Positions 41,309 through 54,271 of a stretch of 64,000 nt of DNA are shown one piece after another (the first letter of the stretch is position 1; each line of letters opens with the position of its first letter). Made by a program: the position numbers and the translations under genes. The stretch is from NCBI GenBank assembly GCA_963849325.1, contig CAWKHF010000009.1:352001-416000 (forward strand), given 5' to 3'. The notes beneath the pieces were generated by a model. That model had not been told where the DNA came from. It saw only the letters and a list, made by a program, of their open reading frames with translations, and made no database searches. Source of the stretch: an uncultured Planctomycetota bacterium. Lineage in GTDB: Bacteria > Planctomycetota > Planctomycetia > Gemmatales > Gemmataceae.

Positions 41309-44064
41309 ATGTCTCTATTCGGGTGGGGAAGGAGCCGGACGGCCGCGCGGAAGCCGGCGCGGACGGTGCGGCCGCAGCTGGAAGCGCTGGAGGATCGCAC
41401 CGTGCCCGCAGTCTTCAACGTGGGGGCGGGCGATGTCACGACCCTGATCGCGGACATTGCGCAGGCCAACAGCAACGGCCAGAGCAATACCATCAACCTC
41501 ACCGACAGCACCTACAACCTGACCGCTGTCAACAATTCCTGGTACGGGCCGAATGGTCTGCCTGCCATCACAAGCAACCTCACCATCAACGGCAACGGCG
41601 CCGTCATCGAACGCGATCCATCGCTGGGTAATACAACGCCTTTCCGTCTCTTTTATGTCTCTGGAGACTTGTCGTCTGGTTCGGAGGCAGGCAACTTGAC
41701 GCTGGAGAACGTGACGCTGGCGGGCGGGTTGGCCGAGGGGGGCAGCAGTGATACGGGCGGCGGCGGCCTCGGTGCGGGCGGGGCCATCTTCAACCAGGGC
41801 CAGCTGACACTCAACGGCGTGTCGGTGACGCAGAACGTGGCGATGGGCGGCAGCAGCGGCACGGGCAGCAGCGGTGGAGGCGGCGGCATCGGCCAGGATG
41901 CGCAGGGAGATAATGGCGGAGGCTTTGGGGCGATTGTCACGGGCGGCGGCACGGGCGGCAGCGGTTCGGCCACGACCAGCGGCGGCAGCGGCGGAGGCGG
42001 CTTCAGTCAGAACGGCCAGAACGCGGCCAGCAATGTCGGAGCGGCGGGCGGCGGCAGCAGCGGCCTAGGCGGCGCGGGCGGCAATAGCTCCGATGGCGGA
42101 GGCGATGGCGGAGGCGGAGGCGGAGGCGGAGCCACGGGCGCGGGCGGCGTCGGCGGCAGCTTCGGCGCGGGCGGCGCGGGTTCGAGCACCGGCGGCGGCG
42201 GCGGGGGTGGGGTCGGCGGCGGTGGCGGCGACGGCACCGGCAATGCCGCGGCGGGAGGCGCCACCAGCGGCGGCGGCGGCGGCTTCGGCGGCGGCGGCGG
42301 TGGCGGCAGCTTCGTGGGCGGCGGCGGCGGCTTCGGCGGCGGCGGCGGAGCCAGCCTCGGCGGCACGGCCGGGACCGGAGGCTTCGGCGCCGGCAACGGC
42401 AATGGCACCGTCGGCGGCGGCGGTGCCGGACTCGGCGGCGCCATCTTCAACATGTATGGGACTACCACCCTCATCAACAGCACGCTCGCCGCCAACCTCG
42501 CTCAGGGCGGCAGCGCCGCCGCCGGCGCCGGCAACGGCTCTGGCTACGGCGGCGCCATCTTCAACCTCAACGGCACCGTCAACCTCACCATGAGCACTCT
42601 CGCCAGCAACGAGACCCTCGGCAGCGCCGCCGGCGCCACGACCGGCGGCGGCGCCGTCTACAACCTCTTCCTCGGCACCTCGCCGACCGGCCAGCCCACG
42701 CAGGCCGTCGTCAACCTCACCGACAGCATTCTGGCCGACTCGATCGGCGGCAGCGACCTGGTCAACGACCAGAACAATGCCAGCGGCACCCTGGCCGTGG
42801 TCAACGCCACGGCGCCCAACATCGTCATGGCGACGAACACCCTCAACGGGGCCACGACTAACGGCACGCCCATCACGGCCAACCCTCTCGTCGGCCTGCT
42901 CGGTTACTATGGCGGACCGACGCCGACGATGGCCCTCTTGCCCGGAAGTCCCGCCCTGGCGGCCGGCACCAGCGGCACGAACATTCCTCCCACCGACCAA
43001 CGCGGCCAGCCACGCGGCAATGCCATCGATCTGGGTGCGTTCCAGCAGACCTCCGCCACGTCCACGCCGACACCGACTCCGACACCCACGCCCACGCCCA
43101 CCTCAACCACGGCCACCACGACGACGCTCGCCTCCACCACTTCCCTTACCGCATCCGGCGGGCTGAATGTTACCTTGATGGCGATCGTGACGGCCAGCCC
43201 CGGCACCACGCCTACGGGTTCGGTCCAGTTCGTGGACACGACCACCGGCACGACCCTGGGCAGCGCCAACCTGATGGTCGTCAACGGCAAGTATCAGGCG
43301 AGCTTGACGACGTCCTTCAACTCCGCGCCCACAACATTACCGCCACGTACCAGAGCACGAACGGACTCACCTCCAGCAGCGGCAGCACGACGGTCAGCTC
43401 GGATGCGACGAATCAGGCCTCGAACCAGGCATGGCTGCAACAGGTCTACCAGCAGCTGCTCGGCCGCGCCGTCGATCCGTCCGGCCAGACCTTCTGGACC
43501 GGCCTGCTCAACAGCGGCACCTCGCGCGGCGAGGTGGCGTACCTGATCGCCTCGAGCACGGAGTATCGCGCCGACGAGATCGAGTCCGCCTTCCAGACGC
43601 TCTTGCACCGCGCCGCCGACGCGCCCAGCCTCACGTACTTCCTCAACATCATGTCCCAGGGTGCGTCGCTCCAGCAGATCGACGCCCTCATCGCCGGCTC
43701 CGATGAGTATTACCAGAACCGCGCCAGCGAGTCCGATCCCCAGTTCCTCGCCGCCGTCTATCAGGACTTCCTGCATCGCAATCTCGATCCGAGCGGTTTG
43801 CAGCAGTGGCAGCAAGCCCTGACGAGCGGCCAGAGCCGCACGCAAGTCGTCATGGACATCCTGAGCACCGCGGAATACCAGTCGGATTTGGTGCAGAATG
43901 ACTATCAGACGTACCTGAACCGTAACGCCGATCCCACGAGCCTTAATTCGTTCGTCACCTACCTGACGCAGGGCGGCAGCAACGACGCCGTGGTGGCGGC
44001 CCTGCTGGGATCGCAGGAGTATTTGAACAATGCTCTGGCTTCCTCGACGGCGTCCACGACTTGA
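41309..44064 (+). CDS. Large secreted Gly-rich surface protein (planctomycete extracellular motif, choice-of-anchor-Q-like, PT linker, Ig-like, DUF4214-like repeats); frameshift near 43340
   Basis: PQLEALEDRTVP; long GG-rich tract; YGGPTPTMALLPGSPAL...DQRG...DLGAF; (TP)n; PTGSVQF; LLHRAAD...SDEY repeats. Confidence 0.8.
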
Positions 44065-44073
44065 CAGCTTATC

Positions 44074-44127
44074 GGAGCCTGCAGCGTTAGCGAGAACAGA
44101 ACTTCCCTCGCTGACGCTGCGGGTTCC
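44074..44127. repeat. REP-like hairpin, family C variant
   Basis: ggagcctgcagcgttagcgag / ctcgctgacgctgcgggttcc, pairing with G-U wobbles. Confidence 0.7.
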
Positions 44128-44207
44128 AAGGTCATATCATATCCCTCTAGCGATCTTTGTTTCGGCGCGAGCGGTCCCTGCAGACATCCCTCCTGAACGA
44201 GACCCCC

Positions 44208-46795
44208 ATGATGTGGCGTTGGTGTGTTTCGCTCGCCTCTCCGTTCGTCGTCCTTCTGGCCGGCGCCGTTCTCTTTTTGCGAGCCGACGAACAAGACCAG
44301 CTCAAGGTCGGGGTCCAGCCGGACGGGCGCATTGTGGTGCCGACCAACCAAATCCTTAAGCCGGCCGGCCGACAGATCACGTTCCCCGGCCGGCCGGTCG
44401 ATCTGGTCCTGACCGGCGACGGCCGCACGTTGGTCGTCAAGAACCAGCGCGACTTGATTTTCCTCGACGTGGCGACGGCCGCCATCCAGCAGACGCTCAA
44501 GTCGCCGACCGGCTTCAGTGCGGTCGGGCTGCTACTGCGCGACGGCGACGTGTACGTCAGCGATTCCGGCGATCGCGTCCGCGTGGCCCGGCGCCAGAAG
44601 GATGGTCGATTCACCTGGCTACCGTCCCTCGAACCGAGCAAGCCGAAAGGCGGAGGGTCCGTTTACCCGACCGGCCTGTGCCTCGGCGCCGACGGCCAAC
44701 TGTGGGTCGCCTCCAGCCGCGGCAACAACGTGCAGCTTCTCGACCTGGACGGCGCGACGGTGAAGCAAACCGTGCCGGTGGGCGTCGCTCCCTACGCGAT
44801 TTGCCGCCCGCGTCCGGAGCGCGTCTACGTCAGCAACTGGGGCGGCGATCCGCCGGGCGAAAAGCGAACTGCACGCGCCGTCGTCCGGCACGCCGGTTCG
44901 CATCGATCCTGCGCGGCGTCGCCAATCACGGCACCGTCTCCGTGCTCGAATCGGCGTCCGGACAATGGCGGCTGCGCAAGTCGATCCGCGTCGGTCTGCA
45001 TCCGAGCGGCCTGATCGCCAGCCGCGACGGCCGTCTGGTCTACGTCGCCAACGCCAACAGCGATACCGTCTCGGTCATCGATACGGGCACCGAAGAAGTC
45101 ATCGAGACGATCTCCTGCCGTCCCGAGGCGCGTCTGCCGTTCGGCAGCGGCGCCAACGCCCTGGCCCTCAGCCCCGACGGCGGCACCCTCTACGTCGCCA
45201 ACGGCACCAACAACTGCCTCGCCGTCGTTCGGCTCGAGCGCCGCGCTTCCACGGGCGGGACCGGCCGGCCGGCCCGCAGCGCCGTGGCGGGCCTGATCCC
45301 GACCGGCTGGTATCCCGGCGCCGTCCTCGTCTCGCCGGACGGCAAGAAACTGTTCGTCGCCAACGTCAAGGGTCACGGTTCCCTGAGCCAGCCGCGACCG
45401 GCCGACAAGGGCAAGAACTCGCACGATCATCTCGGTTCCGTGTCGATCCTCGACGTGCCCGACGACGCGCAGCTGGCCCGTTACACGGAAGAGGTCAACG
45501 CCAACAACCGCCTGGCGTACAGCCTGGCCGGCCTGGAAAAGCCGCGACCCGGCGCCGCGCCGGTGCCGGTGCCTCGCCGCCACGGCGAACCCTCGCTCTT
45601 CAAGCACGTTCTCTACGTCATCAAGGAGAACCGTACCTACGATCAGGTGTTCGGCGACATGAAGGAGGGCGACGGCGACGCCCGACTGGTCCTGTTCGGC
45701 GAAGAGGTGACGCCCAATCACCACGCCCTGGCTCGGCAGTTCACGCTGTTCGACAACTTCTATTGCAGCGGCGTCCTCAGCGCCGACGGCCATCAGTGGG
45801 TCAACGAAGCCTACGTCACCGATTACCTGGAAAAATCGTTCGGCGGCTTCACGCGCAGCTATCCCTACGAAGGCAGCGATCCCCTCGCCTTCGCCTCCAG
45901 CGGCTTCCTCTGGGACAACGCCCTGCTGCACCGCAAGACTTTCCGCAACTACGGCGAATTCGTCAAAACAACGCTGCCCGAAGGGCGCGACCTGGACCGA
46001 CGTGTACCGCGATTACCAGGGCCAGACCGGCGACGTGAAAATCACGATCAAGGCCAACGTCGCCGCCCTGGCGCCGTTCACGCGCTCCGGCTATCCGGGC
46101 TTTCCGCTCACGGTGCCGGACGTGTACCGGGCGCAGCCTGTTCCTCGAAGATCTGAAAGAGTACGAGCGAAAAGGCGAATTACCGAATCTGCTGTATCTC
46201 TATTTGCCTTGCGATCACACCAGCGGCACCACGCCGAACCTGCCGACGCCGGCGGCCATCGGTGGCCGACAACGACCTGGCCCTGGGGCAAGTGGTGGAA
46301 GCGGTCAGCAAAAGTCGATTCTGGAAGGACACGTGCATCTTCGTGGTCGAGGACGATCCGCAGAACGGCTTCGACCACATCGACGCTCACCGCACCGTCG
46401 CCCTGGTCATCAGCCCGTACACCCGGCGCAAGTACGTCGATCACACCAATTACAACCAGACCGGCATGGTCAAGACCATCGAGCTGATCCTCGGCCTGCC
46501 GCCGATGAACCAGCTCGACCTGTCCGCCACGCCGATGCGGCGCTGTTTCCAGGACGCGCCCGACCTGACGCCCTACCGGTGCCGGCCCAATCGCGTACCG
46601 CTGGACCAGATGAATCCGCCCTTGAAGAAGCTGAAGGGACAGGCCCGGCACTGGGCGGAGAAGTCGCTGGCCCTGGATCTCGACGACGCGGACCAGGCCG
46701 AGGAGGACACGCTCAATCGCATCCTGTGGCACGCCATGCGCGGCGACGCAGCGCCTTACCCCGAGAGGTACGCCGGCCGAAAGCCGGCGCCGTGA
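44208..46795 (+). CDS. Secreted YncE beta-propeller / alkaline-phosphatase-superfamily phosphoesterase; frameshifted
   Basis: YVANANSDTVSVID, IPTGWYP, IKENRTYDQVFGD, SADGHQW, EDDPQNGFDHIDAHR. Confidence 0.88.
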
Positions 46796-46889
46796 CGGCT
46801 GCGCTTCCCGCACGGATGAAAGTAAGGTATAAAGGAAGAGTTAGGGCGGTGCGATCCACCCGCTATTTCGGATCGTGTCTGGAGTCCTC

Positions 46890-47372
46890 ATGCGTGCCCA
46901 GTTGCTGCCTCTGGACGGCGGCGCCCCGATCGAGATCACCAAGGACATGGTCGTGATCGGCCGTAAGGAAGACTGCGACGTGCGCCTGGAGCACAAGAGC
47001 GTCTCGAAGATGCATTGTGTGCTCGTCAAGACCGATGGCTTGCTGCTGCTGCGCGACCTGGGCAGCACCAACGGCACCCGTGTCAACGGCACGCGCGTCC
47101 GCCGCGCCGCCCTGCTGCCCAACGATCAACTCAGCATCGCCCACTACAGGTTCCGCGTCTTCCTCGGCCCCGACGCGGCGGAGGAACCTCCCGCCGACGA
47201 GCATACCCAGCACCTCAATTCCTTCGAGGTCGCCGACATGCTGCGGCAGGCCCGTCATCGTCAGGACAAGGACGGCGACAGCGATGAGGCGGACAAGCCC
47301 GGCGGCGAGTTGTTGCAGCGCAACCAACTGCCCGACGTCTATCCCGACGAGCCTTCCAGTTCCGCCGACTGA
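46890..47372 (+). CDS. FHA domain protein
   Basis: IGR...SVSKMHC...RDLGSTNGTRVNG. Confidence 0.92.
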   Translation: MRAQLLPLDGGAPIEITKDMVVIGRKEDCDVRLEHKSVSKMHCVLVKTDGLLLLRDLGSTNGTRVNGTRVRRAALLPNDQLSIAHYRFRVFLGPDAAEEPPADEHTQHLNSFEVADMLRQARHRQDKDGDSDEADKPGGELLQRNQLPDVYPDEPSSSAD

Positions 47373-47416
47373 TCCACATGACCGTTTCCAACCCGGCGAG
47401 CGGCCGCATTCCTCTC

Positions 47417-47483
47417 CGTTTAGCCGCGACGCGCAGCGGAGCGCGGGAGCATCCCGCGCTCCGCTGCGCGTCGCGGCTAAACG
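47417..47483. repeat. REP-like palindrome, family A
   Basis: Same arms as at 12598; between convergent genes. Confidence 0.95.
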
Positions 47484-47507
47484 AGATGTCATCAGCGAGC
47501 ACGTGTC

Positions 47508-47816
47508 TCAGAACGGGATGTCGTCCGTGGGTGCCGGCGCAGGCGCGGGGGAGCCGGACGCCTGGGCGCGGGCGTAGTCCTCGCTGACGCGCATGAGCCG
47601 CATGCGGCGCAGGTCGAGGATGGCCGGCCGCGCCTCGGCGTCGTTGAGCGGCTGGACCACCAGATAGGGCAGGTTGATCGCCTCGATGCGCAGGGCGACG
47701 CCCATGCCCCATTCGCGCCGATCGCGCCAGTGATAGATGGTGACCAGCTGCCCCCGCTGCAGGTCGTCCGCGGCCAGGAGCAGACCATTCCGCCGGCGAT
47801 CCTTTTTCACGATCAT
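47508..47816 (-). CDS. Small hypothetical protein ending in the SSB-like DDIPF tail
   Basis: ATG 47816 with a purine-rich RBS; 102 aa; ends ...GSPAPAPAPTDDIPF. Confidence 0.65.
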   Translation of the reverse strand: MIVKKDRRRNGLLLAADDLQRGQLVTIYHWRDRREWGMGVALRIEAINLPYLVVQPLNDAEARPAILDLRRMRLMRVSEDYARAQASGSPAPAPAPTDDIPF

Positions 47817-47986
47817 CCCCCTTCCCACACTGGAGCCGAATCTCGCTGCGGAAGTATTACCGATGGACCTCCCATCATACTATCAATCCGGTCCCGTGTG
47901 CGAACGGAAAAGGGAAAAAAAGACTTCGCCCGGCGCCGATGACGCCGGACGGCCGGGGGGCCTTACACGAATTGGATCGAGGAGGT

Positions 47987-50276
<2,290 letters not shown>

Positions 50277-50298
50277 GGCTCACCTCGCCAGCGGGATC

Positions 50299-50891
50299 TC
50301 AACCCTCGTGGATGTGCTGAATCTGTTCGCGGATGCGAGCCAGGACGCGGCTGCGGGCGATGTAGACGGCCCCGACGGACAGTCCCAGCTCGGCGGCGAC
50401 GTCGCGCACGTCGCGGTGCTCGACGGCCGTCTGCCAGAATGCCTGCCAGGTGAGGGGGCGGAACGAGGATCGGACTTTCTCGGCCGCCCAGTCGAAGAGT
50501 CGCTGATGATACTCCCGGTCCCAGCACGCGACCTCCTCGGCGGGGGCCGGCTGCTCTTCGAGCACGCGCTGCCCTTCGTCGCTGCCGCTGCCGGTCGGCC
50601 GGCGCTTCTCGGCGTTGACCCACTTACGGACCTGGTTGCGCGCGACGGTAAGCAACCAACCGCGGAACGACCCGCGCGCCGGATCGTACTCGAAGTGGGG
50701 CCGCAGCGCACCATGGTCTTGAGGACCTCCTGGGTCAAGTCGGCGGCGTCGGCGTCCTGGATGCCGTGACGGCGGGCCAGCCCGTACACCAGCGGCGCGT
50801 AGATTTCGACGAACTGGTTCCACGCTTCCGCATCCTGGTTGTCGCGGATGCGGACGAGCAGGGTGACTCGCGTTGTTGGAGAGTCGGCCAT
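50299..50891 (-). CDS. ECF sigma factor of the kinase-associated planctomycete type; frameshift near 50700
   Basis: TRVTLLVRIRD...AWNQFVEIY...DAADLTQEV, YDPARGSFRGWL, WQAFW, VAAELGLSVGAVYIARSRV. Confidence 0.9.
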
Positions 50892-50925
50892 GCCTGCGTC
50901 CCTCGGCGAAGGAATTCGTCTCCTA

Positions 50926-50949
50926 CTAGCCCGGAGCGCTAGCGACGGG
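50926..50949 (+). repeat. Single family C REP arm
   Basis: ctagcccggagcgctagcgacggg. Confidence 0.65.
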
Positions 50950-51064
50950 TTGTAGGGTACGAAGTCTCCATGAGGCAGCGTTCGACTCCCTAGTGTAAGA
51001 CATGGTGTCTGAAATGTCAACCGACTGATATGCTCATCTTCAGCACAACGCCGCGTGTTGACCG

Positions 51065-51316
51065 TCATGGCACCGCTTCAAGGTATTCGACCTCGGGCAC
51101 ACGGCGGCGCAGCTCGTCCTCGATCCCCATGACAACGGCATGCACGGTACTGGGACAGCAACCGCACAGGCCGTTCAGGCGCACCTGCACCACGCCGTCC
51201 TCGACCGTCAACACCTCAATGGTGCCGCCATCCATCTGCAACAGCGGGGCAACCTCCTCGGCCACGACCCGCGCCACGCGCTCGCGCAGAACGCCATCCT
51301 CGATCGATCCGGACAT
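51065..51316 (-). CDS. NifU/NfuA C-terminal domain protein
   Basis: VAPLLQMDGG...VRLNGLCGCCPS...GIEDELRRRVPEV. Confidence 0.88.
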   Translation of the reverse strand: MSGSIEDGVLRERVARVVAEEVAPLLQMDGGTIEVLTVEDGVVQVRLNGLCGCCPSTVHAVVMGIEDELRRRVPEVEYLEAVP

Positions 51317-51379
51317 GCTCGCACCTCGCCCAACCACGGAGATTTCCTCGCACTCCGCCGTCATTGTAGCAGCGGCGCC

Positions 51380-53812
51380 TCAATCCGCGACGAGGCAGGG
51401 GGCAGGACGGTCGAGGACCTCGCGTACCTTCTCCGCCAAGGCAGAGGGAGTGAAGGGCTTGGACAGGCATTCGACCTCACCGGACACGATGCCGTGCCGG
51501 AACAGGGCGCTGTCGGTGAAACCGGACATGAAGAGAACCTTGAGGTCGGCTCGCTGAGCGACCAGGTGTTCGGCCAGGACGTTGCCGCCCATCTTCGGCA
51601 TAACCACGTCGCTGAGCAGCAGGTGAATACGCCCCGCGTGGCGGCGGCTGACTTCCATGCCTTCCTCGCCGTTGGACGCCTCCAGGATGTGATAACCGCG
51701 TTGCCGCAGCGTATGGCAAACCAGGGCGCGCAGCCCGTCTTCGTCCTCGACGACCAGCAGCGTTTCCACGCCGCCTGGTGGGACCGCCGCGCCGGCTGGC
51801 GTGCCCGGCTCGATGGCCGGCTCTTGTTGCCAGCAGGGCAGGTAAATGCGAAAGGTGGTGCCCCGGCCCAATTCGCTGGCGACCTCGATGTGGCCGCTGG
51901 ACTGCTTGACAATGCCGAAGATCGTCGCCAACCCCAGTCCGGTCCCCTTGCCCTGGCCCTTGGTCGTGAAAAACGGCTCGAAGAGATGACCCATCACTTC
52001 GCGGTCCATGCCGCAGCCGGTATCGCTCACCTCCAGGCGAACGAAGGCGCCCGGCAACACGTCGGGATTGTTCCGTAGGGCGGCGGCGTCCAGCTCGACG
52101 TTGGCGGTGGCGATGCGCAGGCGGCCGCCGCGCGGCATGGCGTCGCGCGCGTTGGCCGCCAGGTTCATCAGCACTTGCTCGACCTGGTTCTGGTCCGCCT
52201 TGACCCGATGCAGGTCGTGGCCGAGGGACAGGGCCAACTCAACGTCTTCGCCGAGGAGAGGGCGGAGCATCTTTTCCAGGTCGGCGAGCAGGGCGTTGAG
52301 GTCCAGCGGGCGCGGCACCAGCATCTGTTTACGGCTGAAGGCCAGTAGCTGCTGAGTGAGTGCCGTGGCCCGCTCGGCCGCCTTGGCGACCTCGCCGACG
52401 AAGTCGCGCAGCGGCTCGTCGGCCGGCAAACCCTCCGCCACCAGCGTGTTGTAGCCGGTGATGATGCACAGCAGATTGTTGAAGTCGTGGGCGATGCCGC
52501 CGGCCAGCCGGCCGACCGCCTCCATCTTCTGTGCCTGCCGCAACTGCCCTTCCAGGCGCTGGCGCTCTCTCATGTCGCGGGCGATGATCGAGAGAAACTC
52601 GAAGGCGCCCGCCGGCGACTTGTGGGCGAGCATGACCTGCGACACGGTGATTTCCGTGCCGGCCCGACTGAGGAGCGCCATTTCGCCGCTCCAGGTGCCG
52701 TCGCCAACCGCCCGCGCCACCGACTCGTCGAGGACGCGACTCAAGGCGGGCGGGTAGAAATCGCCCAACCGGCACGCGGATACGTCCTCCTCCGAACCGA
52801 TGCCGAGCAAGGTCCGTCCAGCCCGATTGAGGTACAGCAAGCGACGGTCGGGGCCCGTCATGGCGACGACGTCCGTGGTCGCTTCCAGGACGGCGACGAG
52901 GCGAGCCTGCGCTTCCTTGGCTTGTTTGCGTTCGGTCACGTCCACCAGAATGCCGATGGTGCCCGTGATGCGCTTCTCCGCGTTGCGCAGCGGATCGACG
53001 CGCACCTGGAACGTCCGTTCCTTCCACTCCATTTCGTAGCTGAGCGCTTCGCCGCGTAGCGCCTTCAAGTGGGCGCTGATCGGCGTACACTCAGGCCGAT
53101 CGCGTTCCAGGCATTCCAACATGCTCATGCCGATGACATCCTTGGCCTGGAGATTGACGGCGGCGAGTCCGGCCCCGACCGTGGACGTGATTTGCAGTCG
53201 GGTGTCGGTCGTCCACAGGATCGCCGGCATCTGCTCGACGACCAGGCGCAGGTACGTCTCGCGCGTGCTCAGCGTCTCGCGTGCCTTGCGGGTTGGCGTG
53301 ACGTTGCGCAGGACCAGCGTGGCCCCGGCCGCCTTCGAGCCGGCGGGGGAGGGTCGGATGCTCACTTCGAGGTGGATGTCGCCGCCGTCCTTGCGCCTGC
53401 CCAGGCATTCCTGGCCCGATTCCGGCAGTCCCCTGGGAAGCACGGTGTCCAGCGATTGACCAATCAGCTCCGCCGGTTCATGACCGAACAGCCGGCCCAT
53501 CGGCCCGTTGACGGCGACGATGTGCCGCCGCTCATCCACGACGACGACGCCCTCGGCGACATCTTCCAGCACGCCCCGGCCGTGCTCGGCGATTTGCTGC
53601 ATTCGCCGCATCTGCCGCCCGAGAACGGCCACGATGGCGAGGACGCCCAACAGCGAACCGAGACCCACGAAGTCCACGATTCGGAAGAAGGGCACAACCT
53701 CCAGGCGGAGAATGTCGCCGTCGAGCCAGCCGGTTTGAGCGAACCAATTGCCGGCCAAGAAAACCGCACAGAGAACGCCCAGGGGACGAAGGACAACACG
53801 GCCGGCATCCAT
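51380..53812 (-). CDS. Hybrid sensor kinase (TM, 3 PAS, HisKA, HATPase, REC; CckA-like)
   Basis: QKMEAVGRLAGGIAHDFNN, NARDAM, FEPFFTTK, GTGLGL, C-terminal receiver. Confidence 0.92.
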   Translation of the reverse strand: MDAGRVVLRPLGVLCAVFLAGNWFAQTGWLDGDILRLEVVPFFRIVDFVGLGSLLGVLAIVAVLGRQMRRMQQIAEHGRGVLEDVAEGVVVVDERRHIVAVNGPMGRLFGHEPAELIGQSLDTVLPRGLPESGQECLGRRKDGGDIHLEVSIRPSPAGSKAAGATLVLRNVTPTRKARETLSTRETYLRLVVEQMPAILWTTDTRLQITSTVGAGLAAVNLQAKDVIGMSMLECLERDRPECTPISAHLKALRGEALSYEMEWKERTFQVRVDPLRNAEKRITGTIGILVDVTERKQAKEAQARLVAVLEATTDVVAMTGPDRRLLYLNRAGRTLLGIGSEEDVSACRLGDFYPPALSRVLDESVARAVGDGTWSGEMALLSRAGTEITVSQVMLAHKSPAGAFEFLSIIARDMRERQRLEGQLRQAQKMEAVGRLAGGIAHDFNNLLCIITGYNTLVAEGLPADEPLRDFVGEVAKAAERATALTQQLLAFSRKQMLVPRPLDLNALLADLEKMLRPLLGEDVELALSLGHDLHRVKADQNQVEQVLMNLAANARDAMPRGGRLRIATANVELDAAALRNNPDVLPGAFVRLEVSDTGCGMDREVMGHLFEPFFTTKGQGKGTGLGLATIFGIVKQSSGHIEVASELGRGTTFRIYLPCWQQEPAIEPGTPAGAAVPPGGVETLLVVEDEDGLRALVCHTLRQRGYHILEASNGEEGMEVSRRHAGRIHLLLSDVVMPKMGGNVLAEHLVAQRADLKVLFMSGFTDSALFRHGIVSGEVECLSKPFTPSALAEKVREVLDRPAPCLVAD

Positions 53813-54018
53813 CGCGGACCTCCGAACCTTGTTCTCGATACCAAATCCATCCCTGGGGAAACGGTCCCAGAACGAGAGCGATACCTTCTCTCCCTCGGGG
53901 AGCGAGGAGGGTCAAACAAGCATAGGTGATAAAGTGTGCCGAGGCGGGCCCGTTCCGTTGCGTGAACGGGCGCACAGTCCAGCAGCGACGATTTTTTTTC
54001 AAGATGTGGAGTTGGACC

Positions 54019-54024
54019 TAGAAT
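54019..54024 (+). promoter_or_regulatory. Putative sigma-70 -10 element (TAGAAT)
   Basis: Close match to TATAAT just upstream of the riboswitch, downstream of a T-tract. Confidence 0.45.
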
Positions 54025-54035
54025 AACGATACAGT

Positions 54036-54180
54036 GCAGCCGAATCTCACGCTTCTCGGCGTGAGAACGGGGGAACCATCAGGTCGGCGAGGGCCGGCCT
54101 TCGGGGCGTAGACCGACTCGTGTGGGTCAGGATACTTTCCATCCCAGCCCGTCAGCTAACCTCGTAGGCAGCCTGGAAGC
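54036..54180 (+). ncRNA. c-di-AMP riboswitch (ydaO/yuaA class)
   Basis: Conserved elements in order: GCCGAAUC, hairpin, GGGGAACCA, GGGG, AGGAUACUUUCC, CCCGUCAGCUAACCUCGUAGGC, then GGAAG able to pair with UUUCC as the pseudoknot. Confidence 0.88.
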
Positions 54181-54271
54181 GTTTTCCGGGCCTATGTGAA
54201 AGGCACACCCGTCTCGCTTTCCGGACGAAGAGCCTGCTCCTTATACCGGCATAGTCGCCACAGGTGTCACC

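Noticed and set aside
42007-42495. Pro-rich minus-strand ORF
   Set aside because: Reverse complement of the Gly-rich tract of the surface protein.
12598-47483. Repeated 28-bp units as a CRISPR array
   Set aside because: Copies are dispersed inverted doublets kilobases apart, with no repeat-spacer periodicity and no cas genes.
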